Virus record (IMG/VR): IMGVR_UViG_2671180612_000001
Span: 32,001-96,000 of that record
Length of the DNA stretch: 64,000 nucleotides
Source of the DNA: a virus
Taxonomy: Duplodnaviria; Caudoviricetes
Strand: one strand, 5' to 3'
Shown: positions 9,456 through 19,086 of the stretch, in pieces
Numbering within the stretch: position 1 is the first letter of the stretch
How the letters are laid out: every line of letters begins with the position of its first letter
Position numbers and translations under genes: made by a program
Notes under the pieces: generated by a model
The model's database searches: none
What the model saw: only the letters and a program-made list of their open reading frames with translations
Told to the model about the DNA's origin: nothing

Positions 9456-10004
9456 ATGACGAACGACACGAACGCGAACGCCGCCGAGACCGAGTTCGAG
9501 GTCACGGTCGCGGCCGACTACCGGCTCTTCGCGACGACGAAGGTCAAGGCGCCGAGCAAGGAAGCAGCCCTTGAGATTCTCAAGCGCCAGGCCGCGGCGA
9601 AGGTGAATTTCATCGCGGCCGACATGCCCGACTGGCGCTTCGGCGACGGCGAGCTGATCGGCGGGATCACGCTCGTCGCGATGGATCACCAGGAGGAGAC
9701 CGTCCTCGAAGACGTGGAGCTCCTGGACGAGGACGCCGGCCGGGCGAGCTTCGAGCAGCTTCAGAGCATGGTGGACACGATCGCCGGCCTGAAGTCCTCG
9801 CACGACCTCATCCGCTACCCGCTGACCGATGACGAGCCGGCCGAGCTCGCCATCATCGCCGAGCAGCACGAGCACGACACCGGCGACGGCCTCGATCTCC
9901 TCGACACGCTGATCGTCGAGGCGCGCAAGTTCTCGATCGTCCGGCCGGATGGCTACGGCGGTCCTGCGGACTTCGAGGAGCCCGAGGCCGAAACCACGAG
10001 CTGA
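9456..10004 (+). CDS. acidic hypothetical protein
   Basis: AGGAG RBS after operator and promoter. Confidence 0.7.
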   Translation: MTNDTNANAAETEFEVTVAADYRLFATTKVKAPSKEAALEILKRQAAAKVNFIAADMPDWRFGDGELIGGITLVAMDHQEETVLEDVELLDEDAGRASFEQLQSMVDTIAGLKSSHDLIRYPLTDDEPAELAIIAEQHEHDTGDGLDLLDTLIVEARKFSIVRPDGYGGPADFEEPEAETTS

Positions 10005-10053
10005 CAGTTCGAAATCCATCAATCCGGAAATCTCGAAATCTGGAAATCGCGAA

Positions 10054-11610
10054 ATGAACGCCATTGTCCCGCGCGCGACGATCGAGGAGATCGTCGGCCA
10101 CCGTAACCGAGCGGTCGCGCTCTACACCGACGCCTACGAGCAGGCGGTGCTCGCCGACGATCTCGTCAAGAAGGCGCGCGAGGCGTGGTCCGCGGCGGCT
10201 CCCTCGCGCACTGCCTATCACGGCCAGCACGAAGAGGTTGCCGCCTTCAACGCGCTCGTCTCCATCCCGGACATGAGCCAATACGTCCGCACGGCGACCA
10301 GGCTGATCGACGCCGGCATCTGGGCGTCCATCATCGAGCGCACGGACCTCGAGCGCCTCATGGACAAGGAGGCCAAGGACAAGTTGCGCGAGCAGATGCG
10401 CTACGTCCCGGAGCGGGTCAGCCATCGCACCGGCGAGATCATCAACCAGGACGAGATCGACAAGGGCCTGCCGCCCGTCACCGTCGAGAACGTCGCGGCG
10501 ACCCTCGAGCACTTCATGCTGGACGCCGAGACGATCTGGCGCCGGGGCATCGCCAACGCCTTCGCCAAGCTCGACCGGCGCTTCCGCTCGCACGACGGCT
10601 GGAAGATCGGCTCGCGCGTGATCCTGACCCGCTGCTTCAACGATTGGGGCTCCTGGAGCTCCTATTCCAACGAGCGCGAGACCCTGATCGACATCGAGCG
10701 GATCTTCACGATCATGGACGAGGGCGTCACCAAGGCGACCTATGCGACGTCCATCGGGCAGATCGACCAGGAGCGCAAAGGCGTCCACGCGCCGGCGCAG
10801 ACCGAGGTCGACACGACCTACTTCAAGATCCGCATCTTCAAGAACGGGAACGCGCACCTCTGGATGAAGCGCGACGACCTAGTCGAGAAGGTGAACAAGC
10901 TGCTCGGCGAGTATTATGGCGACGCGATCGGCGACCACGAGAACGTGCCGACGGACGAGGACGTCCTCAACAACCCGAAGACCTCGCTCGCCAAGAATAT
11001 GGGCTTCTTCCCGACGCCCGTCGCGGTCGGCGAGCGCGCGATCGGCAACGCCAAGCTCTACGCCAACAAGGACGGCCCGCCGCTGCGCATCCTCGAGCCG
11101 TCGGCAGGCGAGGGGAACATCGCCAAGCTCCTGGCCCGGCCGCTGACGCTGGAGTCCAAGTGGGAGTGGGACGAGAAGGCGCGCGAGCGTGTCGAGATCG
11201 TGCTGGCGTCGCAAAAGCCCATCGTCCATGTCGTCGAGCTCCATCCCGGCCGGGCGAACGAGCTGAAAGGGCAGGGGCTCTACGAGAAGGTCGTCCAGAA
11301 CGACTTCCTCCTGGTGCAGCCGCACCCGTCCGCGCTCTACGACCGGATCGTCATGAACCCGCCGTTCGACCGGGATCGCGACATCGATCACGTCTACCAC
11401 GCGCTCAAGTTCCTCAAGGAGGACGGGATCCTCGTCTCGGTCATGTCGGCCGGCGTCGAGTTCCGGACCACGAAGAAGGCGATCGCGTTCCGGGAGCTCG
11501 TCGAGAAGCGGGGAGGGTGGTTCGAGGATCTGCCCGACCGCTCATTCGCCGAGAGCGGGACCAACATCAACACGGTGCTTTGCATCATCGGTCGCAAGAC
11601 CCGTTGGTAG
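10054..11610 (+). CDS. DUF4942-like domain fused to an N6-adenine DNA methyltransferase domain
   Basis: YFKIRIFKNGNAHLW; GFFPTP; ILEPSAGEG (SAM-binding motif I); IVMNPPF (motif IV); FAESGTNINT. Confidence 0.85.
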   Translation: MNAIVPRATIEEIVGHRNRAVALYTDAYEQAVLADDLVKKAREAWSAAAPSRTAYHGQHEEVAAFNALVSIPDMSQYVRTATRLIDAGIWASIIERTDLERLMDKEAKDKLREQMRYVPERVSHRTGEIINQDEIDKGLPPVTVENVAATLEHFMLDAETIWRRGIANAFAKLDRRFRSHDGWKIGSRVILTRCFNDWGSWSSYSNERETLIDIERIFTIMDEGVTKATYATSIGQIDQERKGVHAPAQTEVDTTYFKIRIFKNGNAHLWMKRDDLVEKVNKLLGEYYGDAIGDHENVPTDEDVLNNPKTSLAKNMGFFPTPVAVGERAIGNAKLYANKDGPPLRILEPSAGEGNIAKLLARPLTLESKWEWDEKARERVEIVLASQKPIVHVVELHPGRANELKGQGLYEKVVQNDFLLVQPHPSALYDRIVMNPPFDRDRDIDHVYHALKFLKEDGILVSVMSAGVEFRTTKKAIAFRELVEKRGGWFEDLPDRSFAESGTNINTVLCIIGRKTRW

Positions 11611-11731
11611 ACGGCGCATCCCGATTTCGCGATTTCCAATTTTCCGGATTTCGCGAAATCGTGACCGAAAGTAAGCGCTTGCTTTACGCAGGCGAATCCA
11701 TCATCCACCCCGATCGTAAGGAGACCCGCCC

Positions 11732-12226
11732 ATGCACTTTCTCGCCCGCCTCTGGGATCAGATGACCGATACAGCGACGCGCCGCGTTCTGCTCGTCTTC
11801 TGCACCTTCCTCGGACCCGTGTTCTGGTTCCTCGAGGACGGCACGGTGCGGCCCTACTGGTCGTATAGCCATCGCACCTCGAACTCGATCGCGGAGATCC
11901 TGACGCCCGGCGCGATGATGCTGGCTGTTCTCGCCGTCTTCGCGCTCCTCGAACTCCTCAATCTCACGCAGAGCCGCTGGAAGGACCGATCGTTCGTGCT
12001 GGGCTTTGCGGCGTCAGCGATCTTCGTCCTCTACATGACCTTCTCCTATCGCTTCGCCCAACCGTGGGCCTACAGCCGCCTCGACTTCGACGACTGGCTG
12101 GAAATGCTCCGTCAGTCGCACCTGATCGTGACGGTCGGCGTCCTCGGCCTGTGGGGCACCTGGCTCGTCGCGGTCGTGTGTTGGCGCTTTATGTTCGGCA
12201 AGCGCTCCGTCGAGCAGCGCTCCTGA
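11732..12226 (+). CDS. multi-pass membrane protein (paralogue 1)
   Basis: AAGGAG RBS; about 4 hydrophobic segments. Confidence 0.75.
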   Translation: MHFLARLWDQMTDTATRRVLLVFCTFLGPVFWFLEDGTVRPYWSYSHRTSNSIAEILTPGAMMLAVLAVFALLELLNLTQSRWKDRSFVLGFAASAIFVLYMTFSYRFAQPWAYSRLDFDDWLEMLRQSHLIVTVGVLGLWGTWLVAVVCWRFMFGKRSVEQRS

Positions 12227-12711
12227 TGGGCGCTTCCCCGACGCTCTGGGCGCAGATGACCGACACGGTCCTGCGGCGCCTTCTTCTCCTCGCGGCCGTC
12301 CTCATCGGGCCGGCCGTCTTTATCCAGGGCGAGATCATGATCGCCAACAACCCGGACCCGGTTGGCTTCACCACGCACAACCTTCCGCTCATTCGCGTGC
12401 TTGCGCCGATCCCGGCGATGCTTGTCATCCTCGCCACCTGGGCGACGCTCGAGCGCCGAGGCTTCATTCGCGGGCGCTGGAAGGACTGGTTCTTCACGGC
12501 GGCTCTCGTCTCGACGGCCTACCTTCGCGTGAGGGAACACGTCTTCCCGTATGACGCCTGGGACGAGGCCCTGTTTCAGGTGCTCCGCACCTTCGAGAAG
12601 GTGATGAGCAGCCATATGGGTCTCTGGCTCTTCCTGCTCGTCGTCCTCGCCACCTGGCGCTGGGTGTTCGGAAAGCGCGAAACCGCGAAAGCTGGAAATC
12701 CGGAAATCTAG
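12226..12711 (+). CDS. multi-pass membrane protein (paralogue 2)
   Basis: TGATG coupling; LWAQMTDT..RR, RWKD and WR..FGKR shared with paralogue 1. Confidence 0.75.
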   Translation: MGASPTLWAQMTDTVLRRLLLLAAVLIGPAVFIQGEIMIANNPDPVGFTTHNLPLIRVLAPIPAMLVILATWATLERRGFIRGRWKDWFFTAALVSTAYLRVREHVFPYDAWDEALFQVLRTFEKVMSSHMGLWLFLLVVLATWRWVFGKRETAKAGNPEI

Positions 12712-12894
12712 AAATCCACACAGAAGCTCGCTGACGCGCGTTCTGGCCGGGAGCGCAGGGTTTCACCTGCGACCCTCACGGATCGCGTCAGCGGCCAAGC
12801 CTGACGGTCAGAGAGCGCGCCAGAGCGCGCCTCCCGCAATCCAACGCTCGAACTGCGAGAGTGAAATCTCAAAACGCAGCAAGAGAGCGTGCAG

Positions 12895-13173
12895 ATGGGA
12901 ATTTGCTACAGCGAGGATCGTGTCGCAGGCGGGACCGCAACGCCCGTGGGCACCTGGGACGGCACGAAGCACTACCTCAAGCACTACGCGAACTCGCTCT
13001 ACCTCGCCTTCATCGCGAAGAGCACCAAGGACGGCGCCGAGCGGCGCCAGGCAGAGTCCGAACTCGCGATCGCCGAGCGCAAGATGGCGTATTGGCGCCG
13101 ACATCCGAACTACGTCCAGGCTGACGCCCTCAAGGGGATCGCCGACCTCAAGAAGCAATGGAACCTCGCATGA
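12895..13173 (+). CDS. hypothetical helical protein
   Basis: Follows a CC-N14 promoter; ELAIAERKMAYWRRHPN. Confidence 0.65.
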   Translation: MGICYSEDRVAGGTATPVGTWDGTKHYLKHYANSLYLAFIAKSTKDGAERRQAESELAIAERKMAYWRRHPNYVQADALKGIADLKKQWNLA

Positions 13174-13511
13174 GCGGCATCGCGCGCAAACACCGGACGG
13201 TCTCGCTCAAGAAGCGGGGCCAGGCGCTCGTTCGCCAGCTCGAGGAGCAGGATCGCCGGGCCGCAGAAGAGCGCACGCGCCAGATGGACGAACTCTATGG
13301 GCCGAAGGGCGAGAAGGGAGGGCGCTGCAACCGCACCGCCTGCCAGCGTCCGCTCAAGGGGTCGTCCAACTGGTCGATGCGCAACTTCATGGTCGAGGGC
13401 GGTCGGCTCTACTACTGCGACCCGTGCGCCGAAGATTTCACCGCCTGGGACAAACGCTCGGGCGATCCCATTCGGTGCGAAATTATCGAAGCCGATCGGG
13501 TGGACCCGTAA
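13170..13511 (+). CDS. Cys-rich (Zn-finger-like) phage protein
   Basis: CNRTACQ...YYCDPCA. Confidence 0.7.
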   Translation: MSGIARKHRTVSLKKRGQALVRQLEEQDRRAAEERTRQMDELYGPKGEKGGRCNRTACQRPLKGSSNWSMRNFMVEGGRLYYCDPCAEDFTAWDKRSGDPIRCEIIEADRVDP

Positions 13512-13577
13512 GTAAGGGTTCGCTTATAAGTTGCTCGATCACGGCGGAAATCAGACTGAAATACGAGGAGACGCCCC

Positions 13578-13841
13578 ATGAACGCCCTAATGATGACCGT
13601 GCAGCTTCTCGCGGCTGACCCGTGGGTGGATGTCGGCCGGCCGATGGTCGTTCCGGTCCCGATCTGCCGGGAGAGCGCGGCGCGCGCGGCGCGCAACATC
13701 GAGCCGGGGAAATCGACGCGCGCAGGCGTGGCGATCATCCGCGAGCAGGTGGTCTGCACCCTCATCAACGAACGCGACATCGAGGACTACACCAAGAGCT
13801 ACGAGCGGGCCGAGGAGATCAACAAGGAGCGCGGCTGGTAA
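13578..13841 (+). CDS. hypothetical protein
   Basis: GAGGAG RBS. Confidence 0.6.
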   Translation: MNALMMTVQLLAADPWVDVGRPMVVPVPICRESAARAARNIEPGKSTRAGVAIIREQVVCTLINERDIEDYTKSYERAEEINKERGW

Positions 13842-14176
13842 TGCAGGAAGCCACGATCGCGCGCCTCACCGCCATCAACAACGTGCTCGTGGAATATGGA
13901 CTGGAGATGCCGTCCCCTCCGCTCAAGGTCTTCCTCGAGGTCGCCGAGAAGCCGGGGATCACGCATCGCGACATCGTGGAGCGCACGGGCATTCCCGGCG
14001 CGTCGGTCAGCCGATACGTGTCCATCTTGAGCAATGGAATGACCTGGGGCGGCGCCGGCGCGCTGGATCTGGTCGAAGCTGCGCCCGATCCGAACAATCG
14101 TCGCTCGCAGCTTGTGAAGCCGACCGAGAAGGGTCAGGCGCTCATGAAGCGGCTCGGCGAGATTCTGGAGGCGTGA
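13841..14176 (+). CDS. MarR-family winged-helix regulator
   Basis: PGITHRDIVERTGIPGASVSRYVSIL...DPNNRRSQLVKPTEKG. Confidence 0.85.
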   Translation: MQEATIARLTAINNVLVEYGLEMPSPPLKVFLEVAEKPGITHRDIVERTGIPGASVSRYVSILSNGMTWGGAGALDLVEAAPDPNNRRSQLVKPTEKGQALMKRLGEILEA

Positions 14177-14382
14177 TGGATCAGACAACGGTGAATGCCG
14201 CGGCCGATCTCTTCGACATTCTGGAGAGGGAAGGGGTCTCGGAAGAGGCCCAGGGCGCGATCAAGCGCTTGCGCGAGGCTCTGCTCGCCGATGGCATCGA
14301 TTTCGTTGACGAGGAGGATAGAGACCACGGGTCGACGCTCGACCTGACCCGGCTCCACCCTCCAAGCCGGTCGAGTCAGTAG
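14176..14382 (+). CDS. hypothetical protein
   Basis: GGAGG RBS, coupled. Confidence 0.5.
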   Translation: MDQTTVNAAADLFDILEREGVSEEAQGAIKRLREALLADGIDFVDEEDRDHGSTLDLTRLHPPSRSSQ

Positions 14383-14612
14383 ATCGGCAGGTAGCGGGCG
14401 CCGTAGATCAGGACGTCGTTGCACACGTCCATAAGCTCGAAGGATCCAAGTTCCTCCGCGCGGTCCAGGTTGATCGCGATGTCGGCTTTGGTTGCGTATT
14501 CGAGGATAGCGTTCTCGATGACGTCCTTGAGTTCACCACGGACCTGGAAAAAATCGCGTGCCATTTTGCTGCCATGCCCTCTTGCTGCGGCGCTTGATAC
14601 GCTTGCCGCCAA
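14376..14612 (-). CDS. small hypothetical protein (start may be at 14564)
   Basis: Convergent ORF with plausible composition. Confidence 0.4.
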   Translation of the reverse strand: MAASVSSAAARGHGSKMARDFFQVRGELKDVIENAILEYATKADIAINLDRAEELGSFELMDVCNDVLIYGARYLPIY

Positions 14613-14921
14613 CCAAATTCGATGCCTCGGTATGAGGGCTTCATAAAAGGTGAATTGACGCTCCGGTCAAGCAAAACTTTCCGTTTCGTCAATAGCTTGT
14701 GAACCGGCCCGTTCATCTACCGTTCAGGTCCATCGCAATGGTCGGACCAATCGGTTTCTAGACTGGTGTGCGCCGTGCATGTCTTCTTCGCACTGCGCCC
14801 AAGTGACTGCGCCGTATCGAAAGAGATGCTCTGCCGCGGCTCACATAAATTCCAATCGTCGCTCTGCTATACTCTATGCAGCGCGATCACAACGACGCAG
14901 CACACACAATGGAGACACGAC

Positions 14922-15224
14922 TTGAACGACCAGAATGCCATTCTTTCGCCTGAAAATCTGCCGCACGACGCGGATCTGCTGGTGAAGGGCGACGCCGGGA
15001 TCATCATCAAGGAGGACGGCTCGTTCCGCGCGTTCTCAATCTCCGGTGGTGAGCCGGTTGATCCTGCGACCATGAGCGAAGGCAAGAAGCGCCAGGGCGC
15101 CATCATGCTCGCTCTCTCGCTCGCCGTGCAGACACCCGAGATCCTCAACATGCTCCTGGATCTGCTTTCCGATCCCGAAGTCGCGAACCAGGCGAAGGTG
15201 GTCGATTATGGGACTGCGCACTGA
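14922..15224 (+). CDS. hypothetical protein (TTG start)
   Basis: GGAG RBS before TTG 14922; follows a TGCTATACT promoter. Confidence 0.6.
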   Translation: MNDQNAILSPENLPHDADLLVKGDAGIIIKEDGSFRAFSISGGEPVDPATMSEGKKRQGAIMLALSLAVQTPEILNMLLDLLSDPEVANQAKVVDYGTAH

Positions 15225-15630
15225 ACTCCAGGCCGTCCTCGCTGCGCGCGACACGGTCGATCCCGACGAACTGATGGATCTGATCCGCGAGACGATCATC
15301 CAGGACGAGACCGCGATCGGCGAGCTCTTCCCAGATGACGTCTACTCGGTGACGATCCGCTGCAAGCGCACCGGGATCGGCATCCATCACCAGCTCGCCA
15401 AAGCGAACCGCGCCTCGACCGAGGCCAAGCGGAAGGCGCGCAACGACAAGTGGGCCGAGGTCGTCACCTACCTGACGTCGCACGGTCTTCTCGATTTGCC
15501 GCGTCGCGAGCAGGCGATCCGCCTGAACGCATCGAACATCAAGCCGCCAAAGGGCGACGCCTGGAACCGGGACAAGGTGCAGCGCTTGCTAGGCGCGTCC
15601 GAGGACGAATCTGGCTTGCCTGATAAGTAA
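15208..15630 (+). CDS. DNA-binding protein with a Recombinase-type HTH subdomain, no catalytic domain
   Basis: AIRLNASNIKPPKGDAWNRDKVQRLL. Confidence 0.6.
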   Translation: MGLRTELQAVLAARDTVDPDELMDLIRETIIQDETAIGELFPDDVYSVTIRCKRTGIGIHHQLAKANRASTEAKRKARNDKWAEVVTYLTSHGLLDLPRREQAIRLNASNIKPPKGDAWNRDKVQRLLGASEDESGLPDK

Positions 15631-15650
15631 GCGTTCGTTTAAGGAAGACC

Positions 15651-15902
15651 ATGAACCGATACACCAGATCCAGGGCGCAGTTCGGCGCAGCCGTCTTTCT
15701 GTCTGCCATGCGTCGCGAGTGGGTGAAGCTTCATCCGGATCGCGAATGTCCGGTGAAGGCGCTCGACGCCTACGACGAGGACAGCCGGAATGCCCTGGTC
15801 TCGGCGTGCCTGTCGGTGATGAAGGCGTCAAAGCCCGAAAGCGATGTCGCCTACCTGGGCTTCATGTCCGAGCGCGAGGAGATGGCCGATGGAGCCGCAT
15901 AA
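15651..15902 (+). CDS. hypothetical protein
   Basis: AAGGA RBS after an operator. Confidence 0.6.
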   Translation: MNRYTRSRAQFGAAVFLSAMRREWVKLHPDRECPVKALDAYDEDSRNALVSACLSVMKASKPESDVAYLGFMSEREEMADGAA

Positions 15903-16275
15903 GTTCGCCAAGTTCGATCCGGACAACCCGCTCTTCCAGGAGAAGGCGTCCGAGATCATGGCGCAGGCCGTGGCCTCGATGGAATGGGACATGCACGCGG
16001 CTCTCATGGGTGTGCGGGCGGACACGATGGTCCGCGACTTCCTCGCGACCTCACGCCAGGGGGCCGAGGAGGAGGGCATGACGGAAGCCGAGACCGTCGA
16101 GCACCTCAAGGCCCACGTCCACGAATGGACGGACGACGACATGATCGCCGCGAAGGAGACCTTCTACGGCGACAGCGAGATCGAAACGGAGATCCGTGAG
16201 CGAATTCGCGCGGAGCGGCGCCGGCGCGAGATCGTTCGCGAATGCTCCGAGAACGAGAATTTCGGCATGTTCTGA
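15889..16275 (+). CDS. hypothetical protein ending NENFGMF
   Basis: GAGGAG upstream, typical codon usage. Confidence 0.65.
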   Translation: MEPHKFAKFDPDNPLFQEKASEIMAQAVASMEWDMHAALMGVRADTMVRDFLATSRQGAEEEGMTEAETVEHLKAHVHEWTDDDMIAAKETFYGDSEIETEIRERIRAERRRREIVRECSENENFGMF

Positions 16276-16333
16276 CCGATTTCGCTTGCCTCACATAGTA
16301 AGTAAACGCTTACTCACATCGAAAGGAACCGCC

Positions 16334-16582
16334 ATGACGCCCGCCGACCTCATCCGTAACGTCCAGATTCTCGGCCTCATCGCCATGGATCAGGGCTTTC
16401 TCGAAATCCGGGAAGACCGCACGCACTGCCGCCTCATCGTGAAGGTGCTCGGCGCGCGCATCCCGATCGCCACCTACCAGAAGCAGAAGGATCTGAATGC
16501 CGTCAGCAACGACCAGCCCGCAGCCGAACCCGCGACCGCGACCGCCCCGAAGCACGAGCCCCCTCGTCTTAGAATCGTATGA
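16334..16582 (+). CDS. hypothetical protein
   Basis: AAGGA RBS after an operator. Confidence 0.55.
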   Translation: MTPADLIRNVQILGLIAMDQGFLEIREDRTHCRLIVKVLGARIPIATYQKQKDLNAVSNDQPAAEPATATAPKHEPPRLRIV

Positions 16583-16853
16583 CGCCGACACGACCTTCGC
16601 CCGCGTCTTCATCGACGAAACGGCGTTGGTGAAGGGCCTGTCCGGCTACCTCGACGAGGCGATCGAGGTCTTCAAGAAGAACGTCCGGCCCGGCGACCTG
16701 CCACCTGGCTTCGGCCTGACGATCAAGACGCAGGACAAGGCCCTCTACGAGCGCGTCTCGATGGGCGTCTACGCCGAGATCTCCGAGCGGTTCATGCCGG
16801 TCGATCCGGACGAGCCCTGCGAGCTCCTCGAGGCGTTCTGCGCCACCCGCTAA
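16497..16853 (+). CDS. hypothetical protein
   Basis: AAGGA RBS; followed by a hairpin at about 16858-16878. Confidence 0.55.
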   Translation: MPSATTSPQPNPRPRPPRSTSPLVLESYDADTTFARVFIDETALVKGLSGYLDEAIEVFKKNVRPGDLPPGFGLTIKTQDKALYERVSMGVYAEISERFMPVDPDEPCELLEAFCATR

Positions 16854-16903
16854 AACGAGACGCCTACGGGCGTCTCCCTTCCTCACGACGAAGGAGAGCG
16901 TCC

Positions 16904-17230
16904 GTGAAGCCCTTCCAGCAGGAGATCAATCTCCAGCAGCCGACCCTGGCGCTGGTGCGCGATCTCGTCCACGCCTTTCGCCTGTCGGACACGCCCGATG
17001 TCTCGAGCCGCCTCGAGCGCCTCGATGCCGACCAGACCGAGGCCATCCTCTATTCCAACGTCGTCCTGACGATCGCACGGGCGAACCTGCCCGACACGCT
17101 GGTCGTCCACGCGCTGCGCACCATCGCCGGCTCGTGCAAGGAGCGCCTCGACGCGCTAACGGCTGAATACGAGGAGAAGGTCGCCGGCGAGGTCTACTAC
17201 GCGACCCTCCCGACCTACGCGATGTTCTAG
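16904..17230 (+). CDS. hypothetical protein ending LPTYAMF
   Basis: AAGGAG RBS, GTG start. Confidence 0.65.
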   Translation: MKPFQQEINLQQPTLALVRDLVHAFRLSDTPDVSSRLERLDADQTEAILYSNVVLTIARANLPDTLVVHALRTIAGSCKERLDALTAEYEEKVAGEVYYATLPTYAMF

Positions 17231-17252
17231 AAATCCGGATTTCGCGATTTCC

Positions 17253-17621
17253 ATGGCCCTTTCCCTTCGCATGTCCGGCGTCGTCGACGTCCTGATCGAC
17301 CACGTCCTCGCCAACAACACGCAGCGCTTGGAGCTCGACGTGCGCCAGCTCGCGCCGCGCCAGCTCGCCAGCCTCAACGTCGAGGAGGAGGTCCGCGCCT
17401 ACGTCGTGTCTGTGAACCGCTCGGAGCACCCGAACTCGGTGGCGTCATCCATTCTCCAGGTAGCGGCCAAGGAGCGGGATCGACGGGAGGCCAGCGAAGA
17501 ACGCCGGCGCCGCAACCGCGAAGCCTTCGAGCGGGACAAGGCGATGCGCGCGGCCGAGGCCGCGATCGCAGCCAACGAGGTCACGACGGCGCAGTCGAAC
17601 GAGACGTTCGGCATCTTCTAA
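17253..17621 (+). CDS. hypothetical coiled-coil protein ending NETFGIF
   Basis: ORF downstream of an octamer array. Confidence 0.65.
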   Translation: MALSLRMSGVVDVLIDHVLANNTQRLELDVRQLAPRQLASLNVEEEVRAYVVSVNRSEHPNSVASSILQVAAKERDRREASEERRRRNREAFERDKAMRAAEAAIAANEVTTAQSNETFGIF

Positions 17622-17699
17622 ACGCCGCGCTCTCCCGCGTGTAATCCACTGATATTACTGAGATATTTGATTATCGAAGCGACACAGAGAGACGACGAC

Positions 17700-18110
17700 A
17701 TGAACGTCACCCGACAGCAGCACACGATGATTTCCTCGCGCATCGAGAGCGCCCTTGCGGATCTCGGCAAGGAGCTCGGCTTCCAGTTCACCGCGGCAGG
17801 TGGACAGTATGGTCTCGAAGCCTTCATCAAGATCGCCGCACGCCCGATCGACGCGAACGGCAAGGTCGCCGATCCGGAAGCCGACAACTTCGCGCTCTTC
17901 TGCGGCACCTACGGGCTCAAGCCGACCGATCGCGGGCGCACCTTCGCCTCGAACGGTATCCGCTACGAGGTCGTCGGCATCGCGCCGAGCCGCCCGAAGT
18001 TCCCGATCTCCTGCAAGCGCGTCCACGACGGCAAGGGGTTCAAGTTCCCCGCCGCGAACGTCCTGAACGGGCTCGCCCTCGAGCCGCCCGTCGTCGCGCG
18101 CGCCGCCTGA
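17700..18110 (+). CDS. phage hypothetical protein (SH3-like C-terminus)
   Basis: YGLKPTDRGRTF...YEVVGIAPSRPKFPI...GKGFKF. Confidence 0.65.
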   Translation: MNVTRQQHTMISSRIESALADLGKELGFQFTAAGGQYGLEAFIKIAARPIDANGKVADPEADNFALFCGTYGLKPTDRGRTFASNGIRYEVVGIAPSRPKFPISCKRVHDGKGFKFPAANVLNGLALEPPVVARAA

Positions 18111-18137
18111 TCCATTCCAGACACGAAGGAGCCGCCC

Positions 18138-18794
18138 ATGCGCGTCCACCTCGCTTCCATCACCCATCGTCACGGCACCAGCCAGTATGCCGGCAGCTCG
18201 CGCGAGGAGCTGATTGAGAAGCTCGGCGTCTACTGCCGGGAGAACGACGAGAACAAGCTCCTCGACCACGCGGTCAGCGACGAGGAGATCGTGTCCCGCT
18301 ACTTCTCGGAGGAGAACTACGGCTCCAACGAGTATGTGGACTTCGCCGACGACGAGGAGATCACCGTCGACGTCTCGACCATGGTCCGCATGTTCGCCGC
18401 TCTCGGCAACCCCGGCATGGCGGAAGGTTCGGTGGATCTCCACGACGCGATCGCCAAGGCGACGCTGCTTTCCGAGCCGATGATCGACTACGAGGGCGCA
18501 GCCCGCGCGCAGGGATGGCAGCTTCTCGACATCGCGGGCGGCGGGCAGACGTTCCTGCGCGAGAGTCAGGTCGGCGGCGACACGCAGATGGACCGCTGCG
18601 CTCCCGACTGGTCGAGCCTATGCGGAAACCACGACATCGGCACCGATGATTTCGAGCAGCAGCCGACGGGCTTCTTCGCGATCTCGCAAGGGCTCGCCGA
18701 CTGCCTGCCGCTGGAGGAGCGTGTCGTGCGCGACCTCGCCGGCATGATCATCTGGGCGCGCGCTGGGGAGACGGTTCGTGGTCTCGCGCGCTGA
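18138..18794 (+). CDS. hypothetical protein
   Basis: AAGGAG RBS; HRHG motif at N-terminus. Confidence 0.65.
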   Translation: MRVHLASITHRHGTSQYAGSSREELIEKLGVYCRENDENKLLDHAVSDEEIVSRYFSEENYGSNEYVDFADDEEITVDVSTMVRMFAALGNPGMAEGSVDLHDAIAKATLLSEPMIDYEGAARAQGWQLLDIAGGGQTFLRESQVGGDTQMDRCAPDWSSLCGNHDIGTDDFEQQPTGFFAISQGLADCLPLEERVVRDLAGMIIWARAGETVRGLAR

Positions 18795-19086
18795 CCTGGC
18801 GCCCCACGAGATCCACGTCGTCCTGACCGGGCGTGTCTACCACGACGCCGAGGCGAAGACGCTGAAGGATGGTCCGGTGGACACCTTCCACAGCGTCTAC
18901 CTCGATCGGAAGATGGCGCTGAAAGCCTGCGTCATCCTCAAGCACGAGGACGAGATCAGCGGCGACAATTTCAGCCTCTACCGGGTCGCCGACGACGTGA
19001 CCCAGACCGAGCTGCCCGAGCAAGACCCCGGCATGTGCCCGATGTCCGACGCGGAGCTCGAAGAAGCGATCCAGGAGCTCCTCTGA
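18778..19086 (+). CDS. hypothetical protein
   Basis: GGAG RBS, GTG start. Confidence 0.55.
   Translation: MVSRADLAPHEIHVVLTGRVYHDAEAKTLKDGPVDTFHSVYLDRKMALKACVILKHEDEISGDNFSLYRVADDVTQTELPEQDPGMCPMSDAELEEAIQELL

Noticed and set aside
5829-12718. Octamer arrays or the operator as a CRISPR array
   Set aside because: No repeat-spacer periodicity and no cas genes.
15208-15630. Serine integrase
   Set aside because: Only a short DNA-binding subdomain; no catalytic resolvase domain.
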